A stretch of 40,923 nt of DNA from a virus (taxonomy: Duplodnaviria > Caudoviricetes): IMG/VR virus record IMGVR_UViG_3300033067_000422, positions 1-40,923 of that record; one strand, written 5' to 3'. Each line of letters opens with the position of its first letter. Position 1 is the stretch's first letter. Both the position numbers and the translations under genes were made by a program. Positions 36,408-40,923 of this stretch are shown piece by piece. The notes beneath the pieces were generated by a model, which did no database searches, was not told the DNA's origin, and saw only the letters and a list, made by a program, of their open reading frames with translations.

Positions 36408-36714
36408 TGCTGCCTCCTTTAAAGCGATCAGCCCAAGCTGCAAACACGGTATCAATTCCGTATGGGCCTAAGTACCCGAAGAATATAGCCAGTGATATTT
36501 TGGCCTCATGCGGCAAGTTAAGCCACGTAGCCAAGCCTAGCGCCATCCAACCAGTTCCGAGCGCTACAGGAACGTCCAGTATTATGGCCCAGCTAAATGG
36601 CTTAGGTACACCAGATTTAGCTTGTTTTGACAAGTACATGATGCGGCCAAGCAATCCTGCGCCGCCCGATGCAGCCCAAGGCATAAAGTCTCCAATTCCG
36701 TTTACGTCTGCCAT
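36388..36714 (-). CDS. Holin (LydA-like, multi-TM)
   Basis: 108 aa with about three hydrophobic segments and GYLGPYGI; immediately upstream of the endolysin. Confidence 0.7.
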   Translation of the reverse strand: MADVNGIGDFMPWAASGGAGLLGRIMYLSKQAKSGVPKPFSWAIILDVPVALGTGWMALGLATWLNLPHEAKISLAIFFGYLGPYGIDTVFAAWADRFKGGSNDKTTD

Positions 36715-36723
36715 TATGGCCCC

Positions 36724-37356
36724 CTATTTAATACCTACGACTATGCCTGCGTTAGCATCACTAACGCCGCCTCCAATAGTGCAAGTTCTCGTCCCCGTGG
36801 CTCCAGCGGGTACTTGCTGTGCAAACGTACTCAACATCTGATTTCCGCCCGCATTGGTTCGCGCTACTAGCGTCATACCCGATGGGGTAGAGTGCGTAGA
36901 AGCGCCAAGCCTACTAAGGAAGCTGGCAATAACACAACCTCCCGCAGAGGTTATCCCAGTAGCGGCTAGCGCCCCGTCAGCGGCTGTAGCGACAATACTA
37001 CCGGCAGCATCAAACAACCCATTAGAAAACCGCAGTATATGTACTGAACTATTTGTGGCCGCTGATGAAGTAAATGTGTATGTTGCCGGTTCCGAAGCAC
37101 CTGCTACTAGGTAAGCCACTCTCAAGTTAGGCGAAGCGCCTTGGTCTGCTGGCTCCGTAAACCCAGTGCCACCCGTCCACGTTATAGCCGCTCCAGTATT
37201 AGAGCCACCCATAATAGCTACTAGGATATCACCAGCTACAGTACCAGCGGGCTTATTACATACGTGTGACGTAGCGCCCGCTGGAGTAGCAGTAGCGACG
37301 CCCACAAATTTACCCAGCCCCGCGCCGGATAGCATAGCCATTATATTAGACGACAT
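36724..37356 (-). CDS. Tail-fibre-associated / receptor-binding beta protein
   Basis: TAATG coupling to the tail fibre; KPAGTVAGDILVA...AGASEPATYTFT Ig-like pattern. Confidence 0.65.
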   Translation of the reverse strand: MSSNIMAMLSGAGLGKFVGVATATPAGATSHVCNKPAGTVAGDILVAIMGGSNTGAAITWTGGTGFTEPADQGASPNLRVAYLVAGASEPATYTFTSSAATNSSVHILRFSNGLFDAAGSIVATAADGALAATGITSAGGCVIASFLSRLGASTHSTPSGMTLVARTNAGGNQMLSTFAQQVPAGATGTRTCTIGGGVSDANAGIVVGIK

Positions 37357-38735
37357 TAGGTTAGGCCCCCGCCGGAAATCAGCCACTTGTTAGTAGCCAA
37401 TTTAAGTAGAGTGGCGGAGCCGCCATTTGCCAAAGTACGGGTGCCCGTAGCCGCTGATGGCGACCACATTAAAGTCACAGAAGCGGCCTGCGTTATAGTC
37501 ATATTGCCGCCTATGTCATTGACAACTACTATAGTAGAGCCGACAGGGAAGGCCACTGTAGCGTTAGCCGGAACTGTGTAGTCGCTAGCAGTACCAGTGC
37601 AGTATATATGTTTATTGCGGTGGGTGAGCGCTGCCGTTAAACTACCCGCCGAGTGCGATACTTGCGGTATATCCTTGTACCCGTACTCGTTACCCGCGTT
37701 ATCTGTCAGCACACCGGCACTGGTGAGCTTTAAATGTGTCGTTCCGTTAAAGTTGACACGCCAATCCGTAACCGAACTACCATGGTTGATACTGTGGAAC
37801 GGCGATCCAGAGTTGTCGTTAAGCGCATCATCATAAAAGCTATTGGCGACCGAACCGAAAGCGCTAAACTGCGCAATAGCTGATGCACCACTAGTAGTAT
37901 TGCCGACGCCTACTTGTGTAGTTGCGTTTTGCGCCTTAGTGAACACACCGCGCCAAGTACGGCTAAAGTCGCCGCCAGTAGAGCCAACAGCTACGTTGCC
38001 GGAAGCGTCTATACGTACTACTTGAGCGTTATTAGTGTAAATATCCATGGGGATATTCATGGCCGTACCGATGTTGTACACCGTGCTATTGGAGCCGGTA
38101 TGCTTATCGTTAAACGCACCACTATCGGTACTTAGTATTTCTATATAATTTGCCGCTGTCCCGATATTTGATTGCGAACTACCGGAAGTGCCAAAGGTAG
38201 ACAGTTTACCAGTCTTGGAGATAGCGAAGCGCTGCACCGGAGTAGTAAGTAGGCCCTTGTCCGTAGTGAATACCCGAAGGTTGTCTACGTTCTGGTCTAC
38301 TTCAAAATCTACTGTGGCGTTAGTCGCACCGCGAAACTTAATCTCGCCGCCCTCGTTAGCGTTATCAATAGCGCCTAGGTCAAGCAAGCCGTATACTTTG
38401 ACGCCAGCGCTCATTGCCTCTAAACGGCTTACCCCGGAAGCTACTAGCGATGGCCTGCCGGAAGCGGCCAGATATAGACCCGAAGCACTATCAGTATTGA
38501 AGCGAAGTGCAGGCGTACCTACAACGCCATCCGCAAGATTATAGATACTATTGTTGCCCATGTTGAGGTTGCCAGTGTACGCAACCACACCGCTACGCAA
38601 TACTACTTGGTTAAGCGCAGTAGCAATGCCATCAAACTCCCCGTCCATGCGGGACGCAGTAATTTTAATAGCTGCGTTCTTGTCATTCACCCAGTTGTAT
38701 ATACGGGTAAAGTTACCTGCGCCATCATAGGCCAT
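37356..38735 (-). CDS. Tail fibre/spike protein
   Basis: N-terminal virion anchor MAYDGAGNF...ASRMDGEF; internal fibre repeats; C-terminal TVPANATVAFPVGSTI...WLISG domain. Confidence 0.8.
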   Translation of the reverse strand: MAYDGAGNFTRIYNWVNDKNAAIKITASRMDGEFDGIATALNQVVLRSGVVAYTGNLNMGNNSIYNLADGVVGTPALRFNTDSASGLYLAASGRPSLVASGVSRLEAMSAGVKVYGLLDLGAIDNANEGGEIKFRGATNATVDFEVDQNVDNLRVFTTDKGLLTTPVQRFAISKTGKLSTFGTSGSSQSNIGTAANYIEILSTDSGAFNDKHTGSNSTVYNIGTAMNIPMDIYTNNAQVVRIDASGNVAVGSTGGDFSRTWRGVFTKAQNATTQVGVGNTTSGASAIAQFSAFGSVANSFYDDALNDNSGSPFHSINHGSSVTDWRVNFNGTTHLKLTSAGVLTDNAGNEYGYKDIPQVSHSAGSLTAALTHRNKHIYCTGTASDYTVPANATVAFPVGSTIVVVNDIGGNMTITQAASVTLMWSPSAATGTRTLANGGSATLLKLATNKWLISGGGLT

Positions 38736-38740
38736 TTAAA

Positions 38741-40864
38741 CTACTCCTGTACATTTCCGCCAACCGTGCCACCTGCACGGCCAGCATAGCGGCCTATACG
38801 TTTGTCCTGCGCACGGCGCTTAGCGTAGTGGGCCTTAGACGCTGCCACCTTAGCGGGCAAGCCCTCGCCACGGCCCATAAGCGCCCGTGCAAGCTCTTCC
38901 CGCGCTCTAGGCCCCATACCCCGGTTAAGCTGATCTAGCTTCGCTATGGCGTTCGCAGCCGCCCCCGTAGGCCCGCCAAACGAACCGCCCTTAACCATGG
39001 CCGTGCCCAGTTGCGCCGCAGCGTGCCCCTCGTCGAGATTTCCGGCTTGCCCAAGCGCGTTAGTAGCTGACTGCTTCCCGCGCGCAAGCATCCTATCAGT
39101 ACCCATGCCGCGTATTTCACGGCGTATAAAGCGGTCGAACAGGTTAAACTCTTTCGTACCGCCCATTACTTGCACCATTACTGCGCGCTTTTCTGGCGTA
39201 CTGGATAGGCTACGCATAGTAGCTATAGGGTTGTCAGTATGTAGCAGCGCGTCGATCATGCCTAAGCGATGCTCGTCAAGATTAGATGACGACTTTAAAG
39301 TATCCATTAGCTCACGCGGGCCATTGACGGTGCGCATTTGTTTCAGGAAACCCTGACCCTTAACCAAGGAGTCCGCTTTTTGAAACAAGTTGCGCTGGTT
39401 AGCTACAATATGCTCGTAGCCCGGAGCCGCGTCAGTGATTACTTTTTTAAGGTCGGACAAGTGGCGCGACAGCCCGGCGGCAAGAGTAGTATTGCCTTTA
39501 TTCATAGCTTCACCAATAGCGCCATTAAACTCCCTTTTGAGGTAGTCAAATACACGAAGGGTTGGTATAAGCTTAGGCTCGCCAGTACCGACACCACGTT
39601 GTAGCGTCTGCAAGTTTTCGCCAAAACGCTGCGCCGTAACGTACGCTTTTTCGAGAAGCCTACTAGCGTCGGGGCTATCTTTAAAGAACTTCTCTAGTTC
39701 CGGCGTATTAGGTACGTGAGTATCCATGACGCCGCCCGGTGAGTAGTCGATAGCGCCAGCACCTTTACGAGTAGCGTTTACCGTATTAGTAGCCGCATAC
39801 GCATCGTCGCCTACATTCGACAGACTACGCAACTTGGCATGGAAGCGGTCAAGTATACCAAGTGAACGGTCTTCCGCCTTAGTAACCAACTCGTTAGCAG
39901 CCGGATTGCCCGGTTCGCGCGCAAGGTGGCCAGCTACGTTATTCATTTCGGGCGACAGGTCGGCAAGCATAGGCTCGTTACCGCGCGCGGCGCTTACATT
40001 CATTTCACGCACAGCACTTTCAGGCGAGTACACGGGACCTTTACCAGTAGGGCCGGAGTGCGCGCGACTAAGCAAGTCGGCTATCTTGCGATAGGCTACA
40101 TTGCTAGCGTTACTGGCTGCGCGATCCCCAATTACTTGTGCTATGTGGCTACCGGCCCTAGCTGCGCCACCTAGCATACCGCCCAAGGCCCCGCCGCCCG
40201 CAGCACCCGCCATCATAGCTTCTGGGAGTTGGGATATGTCACCTTTATCGACTGTAGCGCCCGCTGCGTTTAAAGCGCCCATATTAGCGCCAGTACGTAT
40301 AGCTACTCCGACTGGGGTACTAGCAGCCTTAGCGACTACTCTTCCTACTTTAGTAGCAGCGGCAGCTTTTGCGGCGTTAGGGGTCAGTCTGGCCAGACCT
40401 GTAGCCTCGCCCACCGGAACTATCATTGACCCGGCAAATTCAGCGGCTCCCGTACGTATCGGGTGGTCGCCGTAATCCTTGTTGGCCAGCAAGTGCGCGG
40501 CTTCTTGATTGCGAGTGTACTCGTCGCGGAAATTCTTGCCGCCAAGCGAAGCTATACCGGCGCTAATGGCAGATTGCACGGGGTCCTTTAAATACATCGA
40601 AGCGCCACGCTGAACCGCACGCGCCATATCCCCGGTAGCGCCATTGGCGAAAGGTACAAGGCTTTTTGTCAAATCGCTCGCTTGCGCCATGTTTGCAGCG
40701 CGGCGCTGTATATCTGCTGCTCTCGGATCAGGTGCAGCGGGGCGGGCAGTTAGCGTAGGGCGGGCAGGCGCTGCATAACGGGCGCGTACTTGCGCCTTAA
40801 CTTCCGGGGAAGTTCCGGGGGCAAAATCTACAAGTTGCCCGTTAGGCATACGCTCCGTAGCCAT
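38741..40864 (-). CDS. Large internal virion (ejection) protein
   Basis: 707 aa, Ala/Gly-rich and helical; between the M23 ejection protein and the tail fibre. Confidence 0.65.
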   Translation of the reverse strand: MATERMPNGQLVDFAPGTSPEVKAQVRARYAAPARPTLTARPAAPDPRAADIQRRAANMAQASDLTKSLVPFANGATGDMARAVQRGASMYLKDPVQSAISAGIASLGGKNFRDEYTRNQEAAHLLANKDYGDHPIRTGAAEFAGSMIVPVGEATGLARLTPNAAKAAAATKVGRVVAKAASTPVGVAIRTGANMGALNAAGATVDKGDISQLPEAMMAGAAGGGALGGMLGGAARAGSHIAQVIGDRAASNASNVAYRKIADLLSRAHSGPTGKGPVYSPESAVREMNVSAARGNEPMLADLSPEMNNVAGHLAREPGNPAANELVTKAEDRSLGILDRFHAKLRSLSNVGDDAYAATNTVNATRKGAGAIDYSPGGVMDTHVPNTPELEKFFKDSPDASRLLEKAYVTAQRFGENLQTLQRGVGTGEPKLIPTLRVFDYLKREFNGAIGEAMNKGNTTLAAGLSRHLSDLKKVITDAAPGYEHIVANQRNLFQKADSLVKGQGFLKQMRTVNGPRELMDTLKSSSNLDEHRLGMIDALLHTDNPIATMRSLSSTPEKRAVMVQVMGGTKEFNLFDRFIRREIRGMGTDRMLARGKQSATNALGQAGNLDEGHAAAQLGTAMVKGGSFGGPTGAAANAIAKLDQLNRGMGPRAREELARALMGRGEGLPAKVAASKAHYAKRRAQDKRIGRYAGRAGGTVGGNVQE

Positions 40865-40923
40865 TACTTTATGACCCTACCTTGCGCATCTACACGAATA
40901 ACGCCTACCGGCGCACCGCTCGA
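40864..40923 (-). CDS. 3' end of the junction-spanning M23-containing ejection protein
   Basis: 40923->40867 reads SSGAPVGVIRVDAQGRVIK in frame with ...NEVSIRTGG at bases 27->1. The stop TAA (40866-40864) overlaps the ATG of the next gene. Confidence 0.85.
   Translation of the reverse strand, partial: SSGAPVGVIRVDAQGRVIK

Larger units (their letters stand above)
1084..39686. repeat. Dispersed 8-bp palindrome CTTTAAAG (at least 46 perfect copies)
   Basis: Starts counted by eye: 1084, 2096, 4189, 5023, 6679, 7600, 9560, 10558, 11022, 11667, 13575, 16557, 17137, 17494, 18838, 18939, 19657, 19955, 20735, 20942, 21180, 21456, 21815, 22043, 22282, 22463, 22865, 23703, 23787, 24502, 24670, 25272, 27264, 27936, 28779, 29143, 30342, 31738, 31876, 32582, 33755, 35046, 36065, 36417, 39293, 39679. 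Confidence 0.95.

Noticed and set aside
36724-38735. Diversity-generating retroelement acting on the tail fibre
   Set aside because: No reverse transcriptase motif and no template/variable repeat pair were noticed.
1084-39686. CTTTAAAG copies as a CRISPR array, iteron cluster or IS ends
   Set aside because: Only 8 bp, irregularly spaced and mostly intragenic; no cas operon or transposase is present.

Overview
The window looks like a complete, circularly permuted genome of a podovirus-like dsDNA phage. One minus-strand gene reads in frame across the 1/40923 junction. There are two divergent arms. The minus arm (16240->1, wrapping to 40923->35452) carries morphogenesis genes: a fibre-like protein, TerS/TerL, portal, scaffold, major capsid, tail tube/nozzle, ejection proteins (one with an M23 peptidase), tail fibre and a lysis cassette. 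The plus arm (17024->35528) carries early genes (SprT-like protease, MoxR-type AAA+ ATPase, VWA-like partner, many small ORFs) and replication genes (primase-helicase, DUF2829/Tad2-like, DUF2800 nuclease, DUF2815 SSB, family A DNA polymerase, DEDDh exonuclease, VRR-NUC, SNF2-like helicase). I recognised no integrase, repressor, tRNA, CRISPR or RNA polymerase. Promoter style and apparent GANTC depletion suggest an alphaproteobacterial host (inference). The most striking unexplained signal is the 8-bp palindrome CTTTAAAG. I counted at least 46 perfect copies by eye against about 0.6 expected. They occur in all three reading frames and are densest in the early region. Other leads are a candidate ~70-nt sRNA, an IHF site next to a DnaA box in the AT-rich divergence region, and short peptide motifs shared by unrelated proteins. 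All family assignments come from motif recognition, not database searches.
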